A DNA stretch of 64,000 nt from Leucoraja ocellata. Its lineage: Eukaryota. The stretch lies in NCBI GenBank assembly GCA_036785375.1, contig JAWMAR010000115.1, forward strand, positions 4,588,001 to 4,652,000, in the 5' to 3' direction. Made by a program: the position numbers and the translations under genes. Each line of letters opens with the position of its first letter. Within the stretch, counting starts at the first letter, position 1. The notes under the pieces were generated by a model, which saw only the letters and a program-made list of their open reading frames with translations, did not search any database and was not told the DNA's origin. This document shows, piece after piece, positions 54,626 to 63,230 of this stretch.

Positions 54626-57600
54626 ACTCCTACAAACCAATCCTAAATAAAGATCATACAACACATTAATTGACAGTTCCCTAACCCAATCACAAAATAC
54701 CCCATTACATTGTTTCTACATAAAGTTTCTAATGGAAGACAGTTCCCTTAAGTAAAGAAACATTTATCCAGGTAACATAAACAATTCGAGCAAGGCTCCA
54801 TGCCTTGACCAATCACAAGATAACAGTGCAAAGACCCTGCAACATAGTTAACAGTGGTATTATAACCTACCTGTCCCCAACCAATCCCATTTATGCATTT
54901 GCAGCATGGTCAGCTCTTTCTGCAAAATCTTCATATATAGTGACAAAAGAGAGGACATCGGGCCATCACCCTGTGCTTAGCTTCCTCCAGGACCCAGACA
55001 TTCTGGAGCCATGAGCCTCATGGCTTTGCAGTTTTCCCAGAATGATGCCAAGCAGGTTCTGCAAAGGCAGAAAGCCTCCATTTTGTCACATACTGAATTG
55101 GCCAATATTATCAACTTCAGCACAATGTCCAAGTCACCCTAATCATAACAGCTGGCATCCTTAGTGACATCACAACAACCTGGAGCTCATTGCTCTTAGG
55201 ACAGTCGAATTGGTCGTAGACTTTAGGAGACAACAAGTTGATTTGATTCATGCAGGTGAACTGAAATGAATCCCTTGATTCTCCTGTGTAGCTCCATCAA
55301 TCTTAGTGCCACCATTTTATATTTACACCATACCCCAGGGTAAAGGCTATGTCCACGTCTTGCAGTAAAAGCCCACAGGTGATGTCAGTGCTCACTGTAC
55401 AATATGTGGAACAGTTTGATATCAGGAACTATTTAATACCTGCTGCAAAGCAGCTTTGGACTCACCCTGATCCACTTCAACATTGGTGTCTCCAGTTAGA
55501 ACAATGGAGCCATTTTCCTGCACTTCCCACGTGTACAGATTGGGACTTCCTGCTCCGACGTGTTGGACCATCAGATAGACGGTGTTATTCAGATGGATCT
55601 GATCAGTGTTGTTCCTCCTGTTTGCCTGAAATAAGCCTCTTGGTTTCCAGTAAAGACTGACGGTATCTGGGTGTCTGGAGATGGTACAGCTGAGGATGAT
55701 GTCACTGCCTATTACTGGCCTCGGTGAGTCTGCCTCAACTGTGGAAACAAACACATGGTTCAGTTCCCCACCAGCTTTCTGAACTGCTGCGGGCAGAATT
55801 GTCTTTTTCCTGCAAACAGACAGTCGGCCGAATGTTGAGCTGCCTCGCTGAGTGATGTCATCAACACTTCCAGGTAGTGACCACCTGTCCCTCTCGTCAC
55901 CCACATCAATACTGCCAGGTAGGGATTTTTTTAGTACAGGAGAAACACAGAACTGCAGATGCTGGTTAATATATAAATGTACATAAAATGCAGGAGTAAT
56001 TCAGCGGATCAAGCAGCAACTACAGAGGACATAGATAGGTGACGTTTCAGGTCGAGACCCTTCTTCAGACCGATTATTTTTCTTCGATGTCTTTTACTAA
56101 GGGGTGATCATATTGGGGTGAATCATGAGAGGCATATCTATAGTAAATGCACATGACCTTTTTTCCAGGGTTGCTGAATCAAAAACTAGATATGTTTTTG
56201 GTGAAGGGGACAGATGTGATATACCCCATAATATGAGGGGCAAGTTTTGACAAAGAGGGTGGTACATGAACATACTTTTTGGAAAGATCGAGCAGAGGAA
56301 GTGATTGATGCAGGTACAGCAAAATTTAAAATACATTTAAACAGATATATGGAAAAAAAGGTTTAACGGAGAAGGCCCAAAGAGGGCAAATTGGACGTTT
56401 GAATGGGTAGTTTATCAGTGTGGGTGAATTGGGCCAAAGGTCATGTTTCAGTGCTGTTGGACCCTATGACTCTATTACCTTTGATCCCAAATAGTTCCCA
56501 CTGTCTCAGGATTTTCCTAGCGGGCTCTGTTTGAGTCCAGGTGAATAGTCCTGCAAGTTCAAAGGTGGGCTTCCTGATCCTCAGATTAAGGGTACCCCAG
56601 TCCACACGCATGCTCTGGGAAATGCCTGGTATTTGATTGTACTCATCACTCCATTGTACAGCCCACCGCTGATCTTCTCTGTGAAAAGTGGCCAATTGCT
56701 TTGTGGTTTGTTGCCCTGAGTGTGGCCTCCATTCCAAGTCAATGGGGCCATTTCCAGGACTGTCTGGTCCTTTCATTACAAAGTTGCCTTCCTGATGGAA
56801 AAAGTAAATAGAATCTCCACATCCTGTTGGAAAAGAGAAGAATCTTTATTAAATAGTACATTATAATTCATAATCTGGAACAGCATAGAAACAGGCACTC
56901 TGTAGTAATCTGTCAACGCAGACCAGTGGGTATCCTTCCACGCAGACACAAGAAAATGCAGATTATGGAATGTTGATCAAATGCTGGAGTGCTGGAGAAA
57001 ATCAGTCAGGCAGAATCTGTGGAGGGAATGGATCGATGATATTTCGTGTCACGCCCCTTTTTCAGACATGGAATGGGAGAGTGAAAGCTGGGGAAGGGAA
57101 GTAGGCATGAGGCAAAGCATGATGAGTGATAGGTGGATACAGGTGGGAAATGGTGATGAGTAGATGGATGGAGATAATGACAAACGCGAGGGGTGAAATG
57201 GAAACCGAAGGTTGTCAGATCCATAAAAGAGGGAAGGATATTGGTGGAAGTGGAGCAAGAACATGAAAGCAAAATTGTGCAATTGGAAGGGGGATGTGGA
57301 AAGAGGAAGGGGGAGGGAATAGGGTAGTTTGGTGGTGAGATAAATGTGTGCACAATGAAGTGGGGGGAGAAATGGGGTTCGGGATGTTTTATTTGAAATT
57401 TGAGAATTAATTGGTCATTATAGAGTTAGACCACTCACAAACCAGAAGACCATATTCCACTTTCAAATTTCAGGGCATCAAAACTCAATCATGATGAAGT
57501 ATGAAGAGAAAACCCTGAGTCACTTACCACGGGGCTCCTGATAATACGGGACAAAAATCCGGGGCAGGTCTTGATGAAACAAACCACATATCCAGTTCCC

Positions 57601-60600
57601 TGTGCCTCTCTCAGCTTTCTGAATAACCAAACTATATGATTTTTCTTTCCCAGTCAGCGTATTTTCTCCAACACTTTTGCCATCGCCATTGATCCAAACC
57701 AGTCTCATTGATTCATTGACGTGAGACACAGAGCAGGTAAGTGTAACGTTGTCTCCCTCAGTCATTGCATCAGACGGTTCAGCTGTGACTGTGGAAACAA
57801 GCAGGTTGTTTAGATTTTAAACATTGAGTTCATCAGTAAAAACACTGCCAACATTATGTCTCCTACCTTTTACTGTGATTAGATCAATGGTTGGAAGTTG
57901 AAGTGCTTCCATTGAACATGTGTAAAGTCCGGCATCTTGAAAAAAAATCGGAACAATCCTTACATTGAAATCCATGCCATTAAAGTGTTTCACTACGGTC
58001 ATCAGTCGATTCCGGAAGTAGGTCCGGTTGACATTGATGGGCTGAGAGAGTCCGGCAGATGCTATTACTTTCTGCTGTTGTTGAAGGCGACGAGATGTCC
58101 AGGTCCACCGAGCAGTGGAATAGTGATACGGCCAATAACAAACGAGGTGAAGTTCATTGTGATCTGTGCTGGAGCGGTAAAGCGTGTACCTCCCATTATA
58201 TAAATCTGTATCAGTGAGATAGAAGATAACTCCTTTCAGTATTAGTTATTCTCATCCGCGTTTCAAATGTAACATATTCCATAAATGCCGCACCAAAACT
58301 CATGAGATGTTCATAAAATAAAATGTCGTGTACAGCAGTAAATTGCAGTGAAGTTTGGATATTCGACTCTACATTTCAACATTAGGTTCGCCCCCACACC
58401 CGACTGTCCGGGGATCTCCCGGGATGGAATGAAACCTCCCGGAGACTCCCGAGAGCGGCCCGGGAAGTGAATCTCTCTGTCAGTCTGCAGGAGGTGGTGC
58501 AGGTTCAGGCTGCGGAGAGAAGCAGCGCAGTGGACGTCTGCGCGGGGCCCGATCCGGACAGGTTGGCAGGTCAAGTAGGTCGGGTCTTCCCGTCCCATCA
58601 TTCCCATTATTCCCACCATCCCTCTCCCATTCACACCCATTGATTCCCTGTTCTTCCCTGTCCCGGGTCCTGCTCCCAGCTCAATGCTGATCCGAAGCCC
58701 GAGTCTGCTGCAGCTGGAATCACTTCAAACAGCAGCAGGACTCGGAGAGAAGGGTCAGTGAGGGGAGAGGGGACGGATTGTTGTTCAGTGCTGATGTGTG
58801 CACCGGGACCCCCAGTGTGAGTGTGAGCAGCAAGTGCTGGTGGTTGTCATGGTGACTACACTTTCTATCTGACACTTTGACGTGAGTCCTGTATCAGTAT
58901 CTCAGTCTCAGATACTGGAGCATTGATGGCAAGTTAAAGTGACAAAATACTTTACTGAACAATAGTTACAGAAATACATCCCCCTCCTGTGCTGTGTGTC
59001 TGTCACACAGAGACAAGCAGGCAGCTGCTCCACAGAGAGACTTTCTGGAAACTTCTCCCTGATCATTGCAGCATTTTATAAACGAGAGCAGTTGGTCACT
59101 ATCCACAGTTCTTCACTTGTTCCCGATGTTGGAGAAGTCCAGAACAAGGGGTCACAGTTTAAGGATAAAGGGGAAATCTTTTAGGGCCGAGATGAGGAAA
59201 ACTTTTTTCACACAGAGAGTGGTGAATCTCTGGAATTCTCTGCTGCAGAAGGTAGTGGAGGCCAGTTCATTAGCTATATTTAAGAGGGAGTTAGATGTGG
59301 CCCTTGTGGCTAAAGGGATCAGGGGGTATGGAGAGGCGGCAGGAACAAGATACTGAGTTGGATGATCAGCCATGATCATATTGAATGGCGGTGCAGGCTC
59401 GAAGGGCCGAATGGCCTACTCCTGCACCTATTTTCTATGTTTCTATATTTCTATGTTTCACAGGGCGCACGCATAATATTACAAGAAGCACCGTGATACA
59501 AGTGTCTACTTGATATGTAATGGGAGATGTTTACACTTACACTTGTTTACAGTAAAATCTCCACCACTGGTGTGAACGATGTTTCCGTTTTCCTGCACAT
59601 CACACACATACAACTTCCCATCCTCCACTGTAACATGTCGGATCATCAGATAGACCGTGTTCTTCAGGCGGATCTGATCAGTGTTGCTCCTGTTCTTCTG
59701 GGATGAGTCCATTGGTCTCCAGTGAAGACTGACTGTATCTGAGAGTCTGGAGATGGTGCAGCTGAGTGTGATGTCACTGCCCAGCAGAGGGCGCTGTGGA
59801 CTTGCCTCAACTGTGAAAAACAGATGAATGAGATTCAGAGTGAGTAGTGGTGTGGACAGTCCAATGACTGAGCTCAAGGCTGACAGCCTGGCTGAAAGTC
59901 AGGACAACTTCTCCCCCAGTGCTCTCAGACCCCTGACATGCGTGGCTGAACACATTGACGAAGCGAGATGCCGACAGTTCGCCGTGGGACTGCTGGTGGA
60001 ACCGGCAACATTCAGGCTTTGTTTTATTGAAGAATGCATCTATTTCCACTCCTAAATTGATCTGATTGCTCTCAAGAGGTGAACTATGGCTGAGCCCAAG
60101 TTCCACAGACAATGAACTTCCATCGACAAGGTAACATTAAGCAGCAATGTCACCCCAGAGCCACTGCACGGAGACATTGGTTTCATACCACCTTGCCGCG
60201 ATCACCTTACCGTGTGCCGGCGAGAAGACCGTGGTATTCGCTGCGGGGTGGATTCATTGTTTTTCTGTTCCCAGTGAAGTCATCAAACTATTTTCACTCC
60301 TGCTAATCATTTCAGTATCAATGAACATAAACACTTCCCCAGTTGTTTTACTGGGAGATTCTCTTTTCACCGTGTGGAAGAAGTCTCACATTTCCCACCA
60401 TCTCTCATCATTATAGGTGACAATACAGAGATAAATTAAACATTATTGATCCTTATCGCACCCACTCACCTTTGATCCCAAATATTTCATATTGTTTCAG
60501 GATTTGCTTTCTCGGTTCTGTTTGAGCCAAAGTGAAAAATCCCGCCCATTTAAATATGGGGTTATAAATTGTCAGATCAAGTGTACGGTAATTGACAAAC

Positions 60601-61609
60601 GTCTCCGGGTACAAGTCCACCTTACTCTCGCCAGCGGACTTCTCTTTGATCCAATAGTCCCTCATTCTTCTAAAAGTCGACAATTTTCCGATATCCTTCC
60701 CTGAGTGTGGTTTCCATTCCCAGACAACAACAATGTCTTTCTCAGGATTGTCCGGTCCGTTTAAATCAATCTTGACTCCGTTATCCAAGAAATACATTTG
60801 ACTTCTATTTCCTGTTACAAATACGAACAATGAAGAATTAACATTTAAAACACATTTTCCCCACCCCATATCTGTAATCATTAATTTTGAACAATGCAAT
60901 TCCAGACAGTTGTGATCATCCTTGGAAACCCCAGCGAGCAAGATACGGTTTGTGAAGAGATGTCTGTCTGGAATAACCTGGCCTGATCCAGGGATATTTC
61001 ATCACATGAGAGGAGCGAGTGGGAGGGGGCCAGAGGTGGGGATAGGGGTTTGTGGTGGGGCAGTGGATGAGCTCCACCCGGTTTTGAAGGAACTTTGCAG
61101 GAGCGTGAAGTGAAGACATTGCGTGTGGTTCTCGGGCTGCGAATGGATCGATAAGTCGAGGGCAGTTCCACCAGCCTACACTGTGATGGGAAGGTGTTGG
61201 GCGAGGATGGTGTTGACAACAGTGTTAAAGGCTACAGAGGCTGAGCGGGATGGGGAGGGAGAGTTTAACTCTGCAACAAGCTCACAGGAGGCAATTTTTG
61301 ACTTCGATAAGGACCGTGTCAGTGCAGGAGGAGAGCGAGTTGATGGGAGGGGCTTAAAAATAGACTTCCAGCAAGGGATGGCATGGATTTGTGAGGCAGC
61401 AGCACATTCAGGACGTGGAGAGGAAAGCGAGATTGACAATGGGGTGCGGCTTTACAGTGATAATGATAACATGATGCAACGTTATTGTGATCGGTGAAGA
61501 GAAAGCACTTACTCTGTGTTGAAACAGGTCGCAGCAGGAAAACAAAGTAACCGAACATCAAACCAATTGGTAAACTGCCGCAGAGAAACATCGGCCTCAT
61601 TTTGTGCAT
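25003..61609 (-). CDS. Eight-Ig-domain type I transmembrane receptor, CD4/LAG-3-like ectodomain with ITIM-bearing tail (15 coding exons, ~987 aa)
   Basis: Hand-spliced exons: 61609-61513, 60811-60470, 59810-59541, 58205-57867, 57788-57528, 56823-56479, 55738-55466, 47597-47271, 46460-46191, 35527-35420, 34526-34428, 27834-27757, 26011-25955, 25232-25204, 25071-25003. All introns are GT-AG and phase 1 except the last (phase 0). The total is 2964 nt with no internal stop. The family label is inferred from motifs, not from a search. Confidence 0.85.
25204..25232 (-). CDS. Exon: cytoplasmic 4 ([10 protein letters not shown])
   Basis: 29 nt, tttattacag acceptor, GTAAGT donor. Converts phase 1 to phase 0, which the last exon requires. 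Confidence 0.72.
25955..26011 (-). CDS. Exon: cytoplasmic 3 with ITIM ([19 protein letters not shown])
   Basis: 57 nt, ttatttccacag acceptor, G|GTAAAA donor, phase 1-1; contains I-x-Y-x-x-I. Confidence 0.8.
27757..27834 (-). CDS. Exon: cytoplasmic 2 ([26 protein letters not shown])
   Basis: 78 nt, ttattttccag acceptor, AG|GTAAAT donor, phase 1-1. Confidence 0.75.
29089..33886 (+). mobile_element. DIRS1-like tyrosine-recombinase retrotransposon, near complete but inactivated
   Basis: gag-like ORF pieces 29293-30519; RT (YLDD) and RNase H (TDAS, LEM, IDN, AD) ~30540-32041; methyltransferase-like (DLFAS, YAFPPF) 32042-32434; recombinase ([19 protein letters not shown]) to 33404; inverted termini and ICR; no TSD seen. 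Confidence 0.92.
34428..34526 (-). CDS. Exon: cytoplasmic 1 ([33 protein letters not shown])
   Basis: 99 nt, ctctttctgaacag acceptor, G|GTAATG donor, phase 1-1, open frame. Confidence 0.75.
35420..35527 (-). CDS. Exon: transmembrane segment
   Basis: 108 nt, phase 1-1. [35 protein letters not shown]: uncharged hydrophobic stretch, juxtamembrane Cys, basic stop-transfer cluster. Confidence 0.85.
35652..36687 (+). mobile_element. Solo LTR (~1036 bp)
   Basis: TGTAAG...CTACA ends, 4-bp TSD CTTG (35648-35651, 36688-36691), TATAAAA at 36121, AATAAA ~36427. Confidence 0.85.
36810..37243 (+). mobile_element. Rex1-like 3' fragment
   Basis: Matches the 3' part of 49890-50960; (CTTGA)n tail. Confidence 0.75.
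38065..38352 (+). mobile_element. tRNA-derived SINE with CR1-like tail (HE1-type elasmobranch SINE)
   Basis: B-box GGTTCGATCC, GGGCCGAAGGGCCTGTTTCC 3' hairpin, (CTAAA)n tail. Related pieces at ~13320-13420, 20360-20470 and 39085-39630 (minus). Confidence 0.7.
40250..40840. repeat. GC-rich minisatellite, ~20-21-bp unit GCTGGGCCCAAGCCACCCC(C)
   Basis: More than 20 imperfect tandem units; accounts for the cluster of low-complexity ORFs here. Confidence 0.9.
41090..43310. mobile_element. Cluster of decayed Rex1-like (41090-42072, +) and CR1 fragments (both strands)
   Basis: [21 protein letters not shown] and [10 protein letters not shown] remnants; [13 protein letters not shown] fragments in both orientations. 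Confidence 0.7.
43951..45450 (+). mobile_element. Non-autonomous Helitron-like element
   Basis: 5' TCTATATTACTAAAAG directly after a host A; subterminal hairpin TGGGACCC-AAC-GGGTTCCA (~45425-45443); interrupts a minus-strand CR1 tail; terminal CTAG is imperfect. Confidence 0.6.
44852..45155. repeat. 48-bp tandem repeat (~6 copies) inside the Helitron-like element
   Basis: Unit CACCCTGCTTGAAATGGTATGAAACTGCATTTGAATTTGGTGGCCTTG; first two units start at 44852 and 44900. Confidence 0.9.
46191..46460 (-). CDS. Exon: Ig domain D8 (C2-like, WxC)
   Basis: 270 nt, phase 1-1. [32 protein letters not shown]...[11 protein letters not shown]; paralogous to D4. Confidence 0.9.
47271..47597 (-). CDS. Exon: Ig domain D7 (V-set); absent from the ORF track
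   Basis: 327 nt, phase 1-1, hand-translated: [35 protein letters not shown]...FGNRL...[18 protein letters not shown]...LITVT; paralogous to D3. Confidence 0.9.
49496..49709. other. Assembly gap inside the D6-D7 intron
   Basis: Run of N. Confidence 1.
49890..50960 (+). mobile_element. 5'-truncated Rex1-like LINE
   Basis: [36 protein letters not shown]; one frameshift; (CTTGA)n tail. Confidence 0.85.
51059..51742. mobile_element. MITE-like non-autonomous DNA transposon with an internal Penelope-derived palindrome
   Basis: TIRs AAGGGCCTGACCCACTTACG / CGTAAGTGGGACAGGCCCTT. Related TIR ends at ~13090 and ~19291-19307. Confidence 0.7.
52271..53651 (+). mobile_element. 5'-truncated CR1 inserted in the ERV leader region
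   Basis: Nearly identical to 15535-16933, with small indels; TTCTATGT tail. Confidence 0.9.
54294..54311 (-). promoter_or_regulatory. Retroviral primer-binding site, tRNA-Pro
   Basis: TGGGGGCTCGTCCGGGAT, the 18-nt PBS-Pro known from MLV-type retroviruses, directly after the LTR end. Confidence 0.92.
55466..55738 (-). CDS. Exon: Ig domain D6 (C2-like, F-strand Cys replaced by Trp)
   Basis: 273 nt, phase 1-1. [31 protein letters not shown]...[11 protein letters not shown]; paralogous to D2. Confidence 0.88.
56038..56071 (-). ncRNA. Minimal type I hammerhead motif in a Penelope-derived repeat (cleanest of several copies)
   Basis: GGU-CUGAAGA-A-GGGU-CUCG-ACCU-GAAA-CG-UC-ACC: conserved core boxes, stem II, 3-bp stem I, GUC triplet, palindromic ACGU in place of stem III. 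Confidence 0.6.
56479..56823 (-). CDS. Exon: Ig domain D5 (V-like, lacks the B- and F-strand cysteines)
   Basis: 345 nt, phase 1-1. [36 protein letters not shown]...[23 protein letters not shown]...WELFGIK; paralogous to D1. Confidence 0.85.
57528..57788 (-). CDS. Exon: Ig domain D4 (C2-like, WxC)
   Basis: 261 nt, phase 1-1. [32 protein letters not shown]...[12 protein letters not shown]; 78-nt intron separates it from D3. Confidence 0.9.
57867..58205 (-). CDS. Exon: Ig domain D3 (V-set)
   Basis: 339 nt, phase 1-1. [35 protein letters not shown]...FRNRL...[18 protein letters not shown]...LITVK; V-set D-x-G-x-Y-x-C motif. Confidence 0.9.
59115..59458 (+). mobile_element. Short CR1 3' end
   Basis: [14 protein letters not shown]...GIRGYG and TTCTATGT tail; ends ~80 bp from the D2 donor. 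Confidence 0.9.
59541..59810 (-). CDS. Exon: Ig domain D2 (C2-like)
   Basis: 270 nt, phase 1-1. [31 protein letters not shown]...[13 protein letters not shown]; canonical C-W-C. Confidence 0.9.
60470..60811 (-). CDS. Exon: Ig domain D1 (V-like, no cysteines)
   Basis: 342 nt, phase 1-1, cag/gtgagt. [22 protein letters not shown]...VWEWKPHSG...[18 protein letters not shown]...YEIFGIK; paralogous to D5. Confidence 0.85.
61513..61609 (-). CDS. Exon: signal peptide [32 protein letters not shown]
   Basis: Basic N-terminus followed by a hydrophobic core. Ends in phase-1 donor A|GTAAGT; acceptor-like ttccaaacag lies 3 nt upstream of the ATG. Confidence 0.8.
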
Positions 61610-61647
61610 TCTCTGTTTGGAAATAACGTGCAGTTTTAGACTTTGAT

Positions 61648-62150
61648 CAGTAAATTGGTAGTTGGCAAATGTTGTATTGAGTACAGCCAGTTTGAAACTC
61701 CTGTCCCAGGAGCACTTTAGAATTGGCCGCACACAATTACACGGGGAAAATACACTCGCTTGCTGGACACTGCTGCTGGAATATTGTCACTTCTGTAATC
61801 TGGGATTTCACGACCATATTAAACCGCTATCAGTTGGCCTTGTCCGAAATCACTCATCTGAACTCCGCCTTTTAAAATTTTTGACCCAATTACTTCCGAC
61901 TACTCGGTAAAATAGTTTCAACTAAATCGGACCTTGCTATTGAGTCAATGAACAGAGAAGGCAACAGAATGGCAAGGGACATTAAATATTCTCAGACGGT
62001 CCCAGGAAGTTGTCGGCGAAACGGGAAAAATATTCAATTTAGATTGACTAGGAAACCAATAGGAAAATGGCATATGCTGGTCATTTAGCTGTGAGAAACA
62101 CCCTCCATTCAGTTACTGGGGAATAAAGGAGTCAAAACGAACTTAATAAA
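61648..62150 (-). promoter_or_regulatory. Putative proximal promoter and non-coding first exon of the Ig receptor gene
   Basis: Lies directly upstream of the leader exon. TATA-like TTTTAAAA ~61870, Ets core GGAAGT ~61892-61897, AP-1 TGAGTCA ~61941, candidate donor GTAATT at 61740. A diverged second copy lies at 63345-63860. Confidence 0.45.
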
Positions 62151-62497
62151 GTTCTTGTAAATCCAAAGTGGAACAAATTGATTGAACAAGTGATAAATCA
62201 GTTTACAGGACATCCAACGTTGTTCAATTTCTGGATACCTTTTAAACCACTCTTTTACATGAAGTGAGACTGAAGTGAGGTTGCCCACTTTGTGAGAAGA
62301 GAATGAAGGTGAATGACTACAGAGATTGCGGCAAAGCTCCAAGCACGGCGACACACTGAGATTCACAGTCTCACTCGATGATTTACACAGTTTCTTTGGA
62401 AAGGCAAACACCCTTCCACTTTCTTTCCAGCTCAGGATTCTGACACCATTTGTGTTGATAATGTTTGCGTCAGATTAAAAATCATCTTGTAAAGGAT

Positions 62498-63230
62498 GGA
62501 GTTGAAGTGCTGAGCCACCGGGAGGTCAGGTTGGTTATTGTGGATCGAGCGGAGGTGTTCGGCGAAATGATCGCCCAACCTCCGCTTGCGCCGAACACCT
62601 CCGCTCGGTCCGCAATAACAAACCTGACCTCCCGGTGGCTCAGCTCTTCAACTCCCCCTCCCACTCCATATCCGACCTCTCTGTCCTGGGTCTCCTCCAT
62701 GGCCAGAGCGAGCAAAACCAGAAATTGGAGGAACAGCACCTCATATTCCACTTGGGGAGTTTGCATCCTGGGGGCATGAACATCGAATTCTCCCAATTTT
62801 GTTAGTCCTTGCTGTCTCCTCCCCTTCCTCAGTCCTCCTGCTGTCTCCTCCCATCCCCCAACCTTCGGGCTCCTCCTCCTTTTTCCTTTCTTCTCCCCGC
62901 CACCCCCGATCAGGCTGAAGAAGGGTTTCGGCCTGAAACGTTGTGTGGTGCGTGGGTCTCAAAAAGAGGCATGAAGTCCAGTGTTTTGAGAAGCACCTTT
63001 ATTGTATTCCTCCCGGTTGAAGGGAAGACGAAACCAGAGGAAGATGGCACCCAAACCCTGCCTTTTAAACCCTCCGGCTGAGGGCCGCCTCCGGACTGCA
63101 ACACTCCTGTGCCGAGGGGTTCGGCAGTATAATGGCACGACCCGTTGGAGCCGCCACGGTTGCCTATTTCCTTCACTCCATAAATGTTGCTGCACCCGCT
63201 GAGTTTCTCCAGATTTTTTTGTGTACCTTC
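62498..63230 (+). mobile_element. Penelope-like fragment with an inverted 5' segment
   Basis: 62498-62588 is an inverted segment of the element, largely complementary to the sequence that follows; body is homologous to 19618-20090. Confidence 0.8.
62944..63158 (-). mobile_element. 215-bp solo-LTR-like insertion
   Basis: 4-bp TSD GTTG (62940-62943, 63159-63162), inverted ends TGTGGTG/CGCCACG, minus-strand TTTAAAA and AATAAA. Confidence 0.65.

Larger units (their letters stand above)
48088..55150 (-). mobile_element. Internally deleted class I (gamma/epsilon-like) endogenous retrovirus with nested insertions
   Basis: 5' LTR ~55150-54313 (outer end approximate), PBS, gag zinc knuckle [13 protein letters not shown] at 49392-49351, integrase core 48734-48354 (LQMDY, VDVFSRW, SDN), partial 3' LTR 48360-48088; spans an assembly gap. 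Confidence 0.85.

Noticed and set aside
25003-61609. Naming the gene CD4 or LAG3
   Set aside because: Eight domains, no Cx(C/H) motif, no acidic EP-repeat tail and no synteny evidence in the window; orthology cannot be supported from sequence alone.
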